Source: an uncultured Actinomycetes bacterium (GTDB lineage: Bacteria; Actinomycetota; CADDZG01; WHSQ01). Taken from it: a stretch of DNA of 64,000 nt. The translations under genes were made by a program, and so were the position numbers. Under the pieces are notes generated by a model that saw only the letters and a program-made list of their open reading frames with translations, was not told the DNA's origin and searched no databases. Shown one piece after another: positions 55,560 to 64,000 of this stretch. The first letter of the stretch is position 1. Each line of letters starts with the position of its first letter. The stretch is from NCBI GenBank assembly GCA_963849115.1, contig CAWKGK010000004.1, positions 49,204-113,203 on the forward strand. The letters run 5' to 3'.

Positions 55560-56033
55560 GTGCAGAGCACCGGATACAGAGGCCCGCAAGCGTGCAAGAT
55601 AGTCGGCGTCACCTACCGGCAGCTCGACTACTGGACCCGCACGGAGCTGATCACCCCTTCGCTGCGGGCGGCCCAGGGCTCCGGAACGCAGCGCCTCTAC
55701 TCGTTCAACGATCTGCTACAACTCAAGGTCATCAAGAGCCTTACAGACGCAGGGGCAAGCCTCCAAAAGGTACGCCAGGCGATCGAGTACGTGCGAGAGA
55801 ATCTGTCCGGCGATCCCAGCGCAGTCACCATCGTGGCGGACGGTGCAGGCGTCTATGCATGCACCACCGACTCCGAGATCATCGATCTGCTCCGCTCGGG
55901 CCAGGGGGTGCTCGGCGCGGTTGTCGCGGTGGGCAAGGTCCGAGATGAGCTCAACGGCGACCTGAAGCGGCTGCAGCCGCGGCCCGCTGAAGCAGCACAG
56001 GCTCGCAACCTGGCACAGGCCCAAGAGCACTAG
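55560..56033 (+). CDS. MerR family transcriptional regulator (Rv1830-like)
   Basis: GTG at 55560 after GAAGGAAGG. ACKIVGVTYRQLDYWTRTELITPS...RLYSFNDLLQLKVI. Confidence 0.8.
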   Translation: MQSTGYRGPQACKIVGVTYRQLDYWTRTELITPSLRAAQGSGTQRLYSFNDLLQLKVIKSLTDAGASLQKVRQAIEYVRENLSGDPSAVTIVADGAGVYACTTDSEIIDLLRSGQGVLGAVVAVGKVRDELNGDLKRLQPRPAEAAQARNLAQAQEH

Positions 56034-56049
56034 TGCACGTCCCTGCGAT

Positions 56050-56502
56050 GTGGGCCACCCACTCATAGCGGGCGCCCGAGCTTCGCAGGAGTTTTCTGAG
56101 GATCTGCCCGGACATGTGCGGATAGCGTTCGCTCACAACAGCGAGCGCCAGTTTGCAAAGTTGCTTGATTTCTACATGATCGAATGGCGGTACGAACCGA
56201 CCGCCTTCGATATCGACTGGAACGAGAACGGCTCCGTCACCCGGCGCTTCGCCCCCGACTTCTATCTTCCGGAGTTCGATCTCTACATAGAGATCACGAC
56301 CTTGAACCAAAAACTCGTCACCAAGAAGAACCGCAAGGTTCGGCGTCTAACCGCCCTCTATCCGGACGTGCGCTGCAAGATCCTATATCAGAAGGACTAT
56401 CTCAATCTGCTTGTCAAATACGGGCTCGAGGAGCCGTCTCAGGGTTCCTTGCTACGAAACAGCTCACAAGCCCTATCAGAAGATGCCCAAACGGTTTTCT
56501 GA
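56050..56502 (+). CDS. hypothetical protein with PD-(D/E)xK nuclease-like motif
   Basis: SERQFAKLLDFYMIEWRYEPTAF...FAPDFYLPEFDLYIEITTLNQK resembles restriction-endonuclease-fold/TnsA-N-like cores. GC is visibly lower than the flanks. Confidence 0.45.
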   Translation: MGHPLIAGARASQEFSEDLPGHVRIAFAHNSERQFAKLLDFYMIEWRYEPTAFDIDWNENGSVTRRFAPDFYLPEFDLYIEITTLNQKLVTKKNRKVRRLTALYPDVRCKILYQKDYLNLLVKYGLEEPSQGSLLRNSSQALSEDAQTVF

Positions 56503-56542
56503 CCGTTCTCACCGCTGAAACGAACCGGTAGATACTCCTTAC

Positions 56543-57748
56543 TCAAAACATTGGGTACCAGGCTACGAAGTAAGCGGCGATTAGAGCCTGTCCCGCTCCG
56601 AGGAAGAGGGTGACGGGGACGTGCACAGAGGTCCGCTCGGTGAGTCGCGCCAGGACCCAGAACAATGGAAACAGCACCAAGAGAAAACGCGGGACAGACA
56701 TCAGCGGACGGGCGGGGAACACGAAGCTCAAAATGACGGCGAGGTTTCCCCAGACGTAGATCGCATAGGGGGCCCGCAGCCACCGCGGCGACCACAGAGC
56801 AAGCGCCAACACGGGAATGACCAGCAGCCAGTCGATCCGGTGCCACAGTGCATCGAAGCGCCATGCGAAGTTCGTGGCCTGGGAAATCGTCTCCCAAGGC
56901 CACGATGCCTCGCGCAGCCATTGGGCTTGCGAGCTAAACGGTTGCAGTGCGTTTCCCGATCGCAGGCGCCAGAAGACCAGGTATGCCGCGGCCCCCGAGA
57001 AGCTTGCCGCCACCGGTCCCATGACGGACGCGATCGTGGCCACCACCCCGCGGCGACGATCGTGGTGCTGAGCGAGCGCTTCGAGAGCAAGCGGCACAGC
57101 GAGGATCACTCCCAGCGACCGCGTGCCAGATGCTACGGCCGCGCACAACGCGGCCACCCACCAATGCTTGCAGCGAGCAGCCAGCAGAGCGGCCACCGAG
57201 AAGCATAGAAACATCGACTCCGAATAGGGGGCCGCGAGAAAGAAGGCGGTGGGAAAGAGCGCAAGGTATAGAACGCTGCGGCGCGCCACCGGCTCACCGA
57301 ACTCGCGCGTTCCAAGCAAATAGAAGAGCACCAGAGCAGCAACGCTGAAACCGGCCGACATAACTAGGGCGGCACCCAATGCATGCCCGTCGAACACAGT
57401 TGTGAGTGCGCGTGTGGCCAGCGGATAGCCCGGCCAGAACGCCGCACTCCCGTCGTTGAGCCGGTATCCGTCGGCTGCAATTCGCAGGAACCAGAGCGCG
57501 TCCCAACGCTCCAGAGCAGTTCCCACAAACTCGGCCGCTCCTTGTGCCCTCGGCGCGGGCCATCCCGGAACGCCGACGGGTTCAGAGCTTTGCATCCGTC
57601 CGGCAACGAAGCTCACGACGGTCAATCCGAGGCGACTGCACAGCAGCACGGTCACGCAATAGACAAAGGCCCGGCGCGTCGTGTGACCGAGAAGCCCGAC
57701 TTCCGAAGGGGCGCGCACGTGCGGATCTGCGATCGTCGCGTGCATCAA
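56543..57748 (-). CDS. GT-C type membrane mannosyltransferase-like protein (PIG-V-like)
   Basis: Polytopic, with a WDALWFLRIAADGY motif like the PIG-V/Gpi18 family WDxxxFLxIAxxGY. Confidence 0.6.
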   Translation of the reverse strand: MMHATIADPHVRAPSEVGLLGHTTRRAFVYCVTVLLCSRLGLTVVSFVAGRMQSSEPVGVPGWPAPRAQGAAEFVGTALERWDALWFLRIAADGYRLNDGSAAFWPGYPLATRALTTVFDGHALGAALVMSAGFSVAALVLFYLLGTREFGEPVARRSVLYLALFPTAFFLAAPYSESMFLCFSVAALLAARCKHWWVAALCAAVASGTRSLGVILAVPLALEALAQHHDRRRGVVATIASVMGPVAASFSGAAAYLVFWRLRSGNALQPFSSQAQWLREASWPWETISQATNFAWRFDALWHRIDWLLVIPVLALALWSPRWLRAPYAIYVWGNLAVILSFVFPARPLMSVPRFLLVLFPLFWVLARLTERTSVHVPVTLFLGAGQALIAAYFVAWYPMF

Positions 57749-57771
57749 GGCCAGATCCTATCGGAGGTGAG

Positions 57772-58527
57772 CTAAGTGAGTTCCAGTGCGGGATCAAGAA
57801 CGGAAAAATCGAAGGGCGCTCCTAGAGCGAAGATGAGATGCTCGGCGCCCGCCTCGATCAACCCGTCGATGTCGGCCTCGTCCGGGTGCCGGACGAACAC
57901 GGTTCTCTCTATGCTCGCAGGGTCCCTGTCCACTTCAGCGCACCAGCGATCCAGGACATCGTTCAAATGGCTAATCGTGACCGGATCGCCTCCCGTATTC
58001 CACATATCGGCGTGCTCGGCCACCAGACGCAGGGTGACCTTCTCGCCTCCGCCCCCGATCAGAAGCGGCAGCTCGCCCAGGGGTGGCGGCACGAGCTTTC
58101 CGAGGCGCTCCTTGAGGCGGGGGAGGGCCTCTTCCAACTTCGCCAGACGGGAGCCGGCGGTTCCGAACTCGTAGCCGTACTCGACAAAATCACGCTCGTA
58201 CCAGCCCGAGCCCAGTCCCAATATGAGGCGGCCCCCACTGATGTGGTCGATGGTGCGGGCCATGTCGGCGAGCAGGTCCGGTTGGCGGTAGCCGTTGCAG
58301 GTCACGAGGATGCCGATGCGGGCCCGGCTTGTGTCGCAGGCCATCGCCGCGAGCAGCGACCAGCCTTCGAAATGGGCGCCGTGCTCGTCCCCGCGAAGAG
58401 GGAAGAAGTGGTCCCAGGTCCAGATCGTGTCGAAGCCCCTGTCATCCGCCTCGCGCCAGGCGCGACGGAGATCCTCCACCGAGCAGTGCTGAGGTTGAAG
58501 CTGCACTCCCACCCTGACCCTCGCCAT
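57772..58527 (-). CDS. LLM-class F420-dependent oxidoreductase (Rv1855c-like)
   Basis: ATG at 58527. VGVQLQPQH...WTWDHFFPL...LGLGSGWYERDF. Confidence 0.75.
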   Translation of the reverse strand: MARVRVGVQLQPQHCSVEDLRRAWREADDRGFDTIWTWDHFFPLRGDEHGAHFEGWSLLAAMACDTSRARIGILVTCNGYRQPDLLADMARTIDHISGGRLILGLGSGWYERDFVEYGYEFGTAGSRLAKLEEALPRLKERLGKLVPPPLGELPLLIGGGGEKVTLRLVAEHADMWNTGGDPVTISHLNDVLDRWCAEVDRDPASIERTVFVRHPDEADIDGLIEAGAEHLIFALGAPFDFSVLDPALELT

Positions 58528-58532
58528 GTCAG

Positions 58533-59009
58533 TCACGCCTCCCCTTGGATGCCTGTACTGGCCCCGTCGCCCGAGGGTGAGTCGATACGGAAGTGGTGGG
58601 AGCTGATGTGCATGCCCACACCCAGATAGAGACGATGAGCGGCGTGTCGCTCGGTTCCCGAGTCGAGATGGACCTGCCCGCAACCGAGACGAGCGGCCTC
58701 GTCGAGAATCCAGCGCAGCAGTGCGGTGGCGTGGCCCTCGCCGCGCGCCTCGGGAAGCGTGATGAGGTCGTCGACATAGAGGAAGCGCCCCCAAGCGAGG
58801 TTATGGCCCACCCGGAATCCGGCGGCGGCCACCGCCGTGCCTTCCTCATCGAACGAAGCCACCAGACGGTAGCCCTCCGGCCGCTGTAGCTCGTCGATGC
58901 GAGCAACCAGCCTCTCGGCGGGGCCTGCAGACTCCCGCAGGTCCAGCAGGACCTCGGCGGCGGCCATCGTCTCGCCGGCCAAGAGTTCTCTAACCATCAC
59001 GGCGCCCAT
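58533..59009 (-). CDS. GNAT family N-acetyltransferase
   Basis: Acetyl-CoA motif A region LPEARGEGHATALLRWILDEAARLG. Confidence 0.8.
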   Translation of the reverse strand: MGAVMVRELLAGETMAAAEVLLDLRESAGPAERLVARIDELQRPEGYRLVASFDEEGTAVAAAGFRVGHNLAWGRFLYVDDLITLPEARGEGHATALLRWILDEAARLGCGQVHLDSGTERHAAHRLYLGVGMHISSHHFRIDSPSGDGASTGIQGEA

Positions 59010-59081
59010 TGTGCCAAGCGCAGGCGCACAGGCGTGGTAGCGGTCGGTTTGCCGCCAATGGGGAAGCGCCAGCCTAGTTTA

Positions 59082-59097
59082 CATAATGCACATTATG
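59082..59097. promoter_or_regulatory. AT-rich palindrome CATAATG-CA-CATTATG
   Basis: Perfect 7-bp arms. Overlaps the ppm1 stop codon and lies 73 nt upstream of the GNAT start. A TAAACT -10-like hexamer follows on the minus strand. Confidence 0.3.
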
Positions 59098-59824
59098 GGC
59101 GAACTGCCTGGCGGCGAAGAGGAGCCAGAACGCGGTCCCGCAGGGCCCACAGGGCGATACGCACAAGCGCCTCGGCAACGATCGCCCGGGTCATCTTCGA
59201 GCGGCCGGCGACGCGCTCGGTGAAGACAATCGGGATCTCGATCACACGTGCTCCACGGCGGACCGCTCGATAGGCCATTTCGACCTGAAACCCGTAGCCC
59301 TCGGAGCTGATGCTCGCCAGATCAGCGCTGCGGAGCCACTCGGTTCGAAAGGCTCGCAGGCCGCTGGTCGAGTCGGCCACCTCGATCCCCAGCAGGACGC
59401 GCGCATAGCGGTTGCCCGACACGGACAGCGCCCGCCGGAACATCCCCCAGTTCTCGACCCTGCCCCCGGGGACGTAGCGGGAACCGATCACCACGTCGGC
59501 GTTGTCCAGGGCCGCTACAAGCCGGAGCGCGTCACGGGGATCGTGCGAGAGGTCCGAGTCCATCTCCACAACGGCCTCGTAGGGCCGCTCCAATGCCCAG
59601 GCAAACCCGATCAGGTAGGCAGAGCCAAGTCCCAGCGGCGAGGGACGCTCGATGAGAGCGACCCGCTCGCCACGGAAGCGCTCGACGGCCGCGACGGTGT
59701 CGTCCGTCGAGGCATCGTCTACGACCAGGACGTCAGTCGAGGCGTCGCCTTCGAGCAGCAGCTCGATTACACGGCCGACGCTCGGACCTTCGTTCAGGGT
59801 CGGAAGGATCACCAGAACCCTCAC
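59093..59824 (-). CDS. ppm1: polyprenol monophosphomannose synthase (GT2)
   Basis: GTGA overlap with the lnt stop. VLVILPTLNEG...VVDDASTDDT...MDSDLSHDP. Confidence 0.85.
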   Translation of the reverse strand: MRVLVILPTLNEGPSVGRVIELLLEGDASTDVLVVDDASTDDTVAAVERFRGERVALIERPSPLGLGSAYLIGFAWALERPYEAVVEMDSDLSHDPRDALRLVAALDNADVVIGSRYVPGGRVENWGMFRRALSVSGNRYARVLLGIEVADSTSGLRAFRTEWLRSADLASISSEGYGFQVEMAYRAVRRGARVIEIPIVFTERVAGRSKMTRAIVAEALVRIALWALRDRVLAPLRRQAVRP

Positions 59825-61336
59825 TTGGGACGAACCGTACGCGTGCGCGCACCGGCTACCACACCGGCTGCAGAGATCAGCACGCTGATCCACGCCACGA
59901 AATCACCTGCACGTGTATAGAGCGTTTCGGAGTTCGAAAAGCGCACATTCCGAAGCAGGGTTGCCGTTTTCCACAGCGGCGCCAGCGCCACCACCGCCCC
60001 GTCGGGTGCTACGAAAGCGGAGATCCCACTGAGGGCGCCGTGCACGACCCACACCCCGTTCTCCGCCGCCCGCACCTGGCTGAATGCCAGGTGCTGGGCC
60101 GAGGCCCACGATCGTCCCCAGGTCGAGGTGTTGGTGGCGACGACGAGGAGGCGACCGCCGGCATCGATCGGTTCGCGCACCAACGAGCCGAAGTCCCCCT
60201 CGAAAGAGATCACGACGGCGACATTCCCTGACGGGAGTTGGAAGACGCCGGGAACACCACCCGGTAGTGCATCTTTGGGGACCTGATCGAGCATCGGGAT
60301 CCACTCGAGGAACCGGCGGCCCGGAATGTACTCGCCGAAAGGAACGCGGTGTCGCTTCTGATAGCTGCCGGCAACCTCTCCGCCAGGGTCGATGTGGAGC
60401 GCCATCACCCGGTACAAGTCTTCGGAAACGTCGTCGTTCACCCCTGCGATGACATGTGCCGAGACAGCTCGAGCCGACGCCTGCAGCCGCTCCAGGGGGG
60501 TGGGTCTGCCGGGTAGGTCCAGCTCGACAGAGCTTTCGGGCCACACCACCAGATCGGGCGACTCACTCGAGAGGCCTTTTCGTTCCTCGCTCGTGGCGCC
60601 GCAGAATGCCGAACTGGCGAGAGGTGATGTCCGCCGGAGGGCCCTGGGAAACGTTGCCCTGTATCACCGCGACCTCGATCTCGGGCCCCCGTGCCGAGGG
60701 TCGCGGCAGCAGGAAGGGCAACACGAGCAGCAGAGCGGCGGCGCCGACGGCGGCGGCCATCCTCCCCCTCTCCCCCGCTCTCCATGTCATCCACGCCTCG
60801 GCGACCAATACGTTGACCGCCACCACCAAGAAGCTGATACCCCAGCCCCCGGTCAACGGCGCTAGACGCAGCACCCAGCCGAGATTGTGCTGGCCCTGCG
60901 ACAGCTGCCCCCAACTGAAGCCCTCGGCCGGGAACCGAGAGCGCAGGTATTCGAGTGCCACCCAGCACCCCGCACCCAGCAGTACCCGCGCAGCCACCGA
61001 GCTCCGGCGCGAGACGAGGGCCCAGAATGCTCCGAATGCCCCCAGGTAGAGAGCCTGCAGCACCACCAGGAAGGCCCATGCGAGCCAGCCCACCAGGCTG
61101 ATCCAGACGATGAGGACCCCAAAGAAGCCGAGTCCGAACAGCATGCCGTAGGCGAAACCAACCGCCGCTTTTCGGCGGTGCGCAGCGAGGAGAAGGGGGG
61201 TGATCGCGACCCAAGCAGCCGGACAGAGACTGGGCTCGGGAAAAGCCAGAGCGAGGGTGCCGCCACCTGCGATAACAAGGAGGATCGTCCCCCCCGAGCC
61301 GATCCTCGACTGAATCGTTATGCGCAGTCTCGGCAG
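59821..61336 (-). pseudogene. lnt: apolipoprotein N-acyltransferase, interrupted by an apparent 1-nt frameshift; start codon unresolved
   Basis: The TM domain plus IEVAVIQGNV are in one frame (stop at 60563). The CN-hydrolase domain SPDLVVWPESS...VVISFEG... is in another (60549 downward). Removing one A from the A4 run at 60577-60580 restores a continuous reading frame. Confidence 0.7.
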
Positions 61337-61707
61337 AGAGAGCGGGTGGCGTCCGACAACTGAACTCGCGGCTTGACGAGACGGCAGCGGGAGCAGACGA
61401 ACTCGGGGCGCTTCGGAGGCGCCGCCCTCACCTGGAAGGCGCTTGGCTCGTCGTCGAGGAGCGACGGCAGATCAGCGCCACCATCTTCCTCTTCCTGTAG
61501 CGCGGCCTTCGCCGCTCTTCGAGCGAGGAGCTCGTCGAGGCTCGATTCAGGTCCGGCATCGTCGTCGGTGGCCGGCACAAGCAGGTCGCTCTCGGTCTCG
61601 GCAACGTCGGCGTCGTAGAGCTCGAGGGCATCCTCGTCGGCCTCTGGTCCGAAGTCCTCGAGGTCGTCTTCACTAATGGCGTGGGATTCAGACTGGTTGG
61701 CGAACAT
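61318..61707 (-). CDS. DUF4193 family protein
   Basis: Highly acidic N-terminal two thirds, then C-terminal FVCSRCRLV...CRDC (CxxC...CxxC). Confidence 0.75.
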   Translation of the reverse strand: MFANQSESHAISEDDLEDFGPEADEDALELYDADVAETESDLLVPATDDDAGPESSLDELLARRAAKAALQEEEDGGADLPSLLDDEPSAFQVRAAPPKRPEFVCSRCRLVKPRVQLSDATRSLCRDCA

Positions 61708-61884
61708 CTCTGCTCCGCTCCTTTGACTCGCCGTGATTTCGACTCCAACGCGTTCTGTTCATAGTGGTTCGATTCAAGGCATATCGGTCGCAACCCCGAC
61801 CCGATTCAACCTCATTTTCCCGCTTTCTGCGGATCCTTTCACCACACACGCGCCTCGCTGCGAATTGATGAAGGTCGCCCCGAG

Positions 61885-62586
61885 CTAGCGGGCCCTGGCA
61901 GCTCGCTGTGCCTGCTCGCGGGCTGCACGCGCCTGGGTGCGGGCCCTTGCTGCTAGATCGGCAAGTCGGCGCGCCTCGCCTTCGGCCTCCACCGCCCGGG
62001 CGGTCATCTCCTCTGCTTCCTGCTCGGCGCGCTGCGCATGTTCCAGTAGCTCTCGGCGTTCGGAGTCGGGCACCTCGTCTGTCTCGGCCCAGGTCCCGCC
62101 GGTGGCAACCAGGTGAGCAACCGGCTCGCTCTCCTTCTCCACGGTTCCGGCCAGGAGATTTGCGCTGTCGCTCTGAGCCGCACCCTCCAGGGCCCGGCCC
62201 ACGCGCTGCAGGGCCGCCGGCGAGGCGCCCTTACCTGCTCCTTCGAGAATCCTCTGAGCCTCGGCGAGCAGACCATTGAGGAGCTTCCTGCGGGCCGCCG
62301 ATGCCGCCCGCAGCTCCTCGCCCGTTTGGGGCGCATCCTGCTCGATCAGAGCCCGGACCTCCTTAGGCCGCCTGCGCGCCAAACCGTTGACCACCCATAC
62401 CGTCAGGACCGGCTTCTTCAGTGAGCTCACTCGTTGGGCGGCGGAGGTGTCTCCCCCCTCCTTGAGACTTTGGGCAAGATCGCTTCGAGCCCTCACGAAG
62501 TCTTGCAGGTCGACTGCATAGAGTTCGGCTATGCGGTCTTCGACGTCCCCCACGAATCGCAACCTCCCGTACCATCTGGCGAACAT
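61885..62586 (-). CDS. hypothetical protein with Ala/Arg/Glu-rich coiled-coil tail
   Basis: This is the only protein-like part of the 629-aa track ORF: ELYAVDLQDFVRARSDLAQSLKEGGD...KKPVLTVWVVNGL. Start at ATG 62586, or GTG 62553, or TTG 62562. Confidence 0.55.
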   Translation of the reverse strand: MFARWYGRLRFVGDVEDRIAELYAVDLQDFVRARSDLAQSLKEGGDTSAAQRVSSLKKPVLTVWVVNGLARRRPKEVRALIEQDAPQTGEELRAASAARRKLLNGLLAEAQRILEGAGKGASPAALQRVGRALEGAAQSDSANLLAGTVEKESEPVAHLVATGGTWAETDEVPDSERRELLEHAQRAEQEAEEMTARAVEAEGEARRLADLAARARTQARAAREQAQRAARAR

Positions 62587-62956
62587 GCGAACGCACCAGA
62601 GTGAGTGTACGGTCAGCACCTTCGCGGTCCCGGACTTCGTCGATATCACCGAGGACGTCCAAGCCTCCCTGGCGGACTCTGGGATATGCGACGGGCATGT
62701 GACGATCTTCTCCCGCTCGCCCTCGTCGCCGTTGATCGCCAACGAGCGGGAGTCGGGACTGCTCAAGGACATAAAGACCACGATGGCGCGTCTGGACGGC
62801 TCCGTCAGCGACGGTCGGCCGATCATAGGCTCGACCTCTTTGATTCTTCCTGCGGTGGCGGGCAAGCTCCGGCTGGGAACGTGGCAGCGGGTTCTGCTGG
62901 TCGAGCTCTCCCAAGCAGGGCCACGTTCGGTGATAGTCCAAATAGTGGGAGAGTGA
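62585..62956 (+). CDS. YjbQ/UPF0047 family (secondary thiamine-phosphate synthase) protein
   Basis: FVDITEDVQ...[22 protein letters not shown]...[11 protein letters not shown]. Confidence 0.75.
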   Translation: MRTHQSECTVSTFAVPDFVDITEDVQASLADSGICDGHVTIFSRSPSSPLIANERESGLLKDIKTTMARLDGSVSDGRPIIGSTSLILPAVAGKLRLGTWQRVLLVELSQAGPRSVIVQIVGE

Positions 62957-62958
62957 GC

Positions 62959-64000
<1,042 letters not shown>

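Overview
High-GC (roughly 65%) and densely coding chromosomal segment of actinobacterial type. I call about 68 protein genes and one tRNA-Pro(GGG). I found no rRNA, CRISPR array, transposase or phage genes. From memory, the backbone is collinear with two conserved Actinomycetota blocks. The first matches M. tuberculosis Rv1694-Rv1713: tlyA-nadK-recN-steA-mctB-like ... pyrG ... xerD ... parA-like, scpA-scpB-rluB, then aroH-tyrA-aroA, cmk-der. The second matches Rv1822-Rv1830: a CDP-alcohol phosphatidyltransferase, a GarA-like FHA protein, MerR, a DUF151 nuclease and a second MerR. An lnt-ppm1 pair follows. Six things do not fit plain housekeeping. (1) A five-gene, translationally coupled envelope cluster lies between the mctB-like gene and pyrG (24.2-32.1 kb). 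It holds MurJ, a GT-B glycosyltransferase, two tandem paralogous large membrane proteins I cannot assign to a named family, and a short WecA/MraY-like phosphotransferase. This is my best candidate for an undescribed system. (2) A copper/heme redox island at 8.5-13.0 kb contains a NOX/FRE-type transmembrane reductase, a double cupredoxin, a Tat-signal two-domain laccase and a cupredoxin-FN3 protein. (3) The ParA-like ATPase is followed by a small ribbon-helix-helix-like protein. An exact 11-mer palindromic motif recurs upstream of parA and inside the small gene, and a near-identical 14-bp palindrome lies just upstream of scpA. (4) Three apparent single-base frameshifts affect a phasin-like gene, membrane paralog 2 and lnt. 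Three further genes lack a canonical start codon where conservation predicts one (rluB, der, lnt). (5) There are two in-frame tandem DNA repeats and several intergenic palindromes, including a cluster upstream of recN that has no canonical LexA box. (6) Lower-GC pockets carry a secreted LamG protein, a 90-aa ORF upstream of ald and a PD-(D/E)xK-like ORF. All family assignments rest on motifs read by eye and on remembered synteny. No database search was run.
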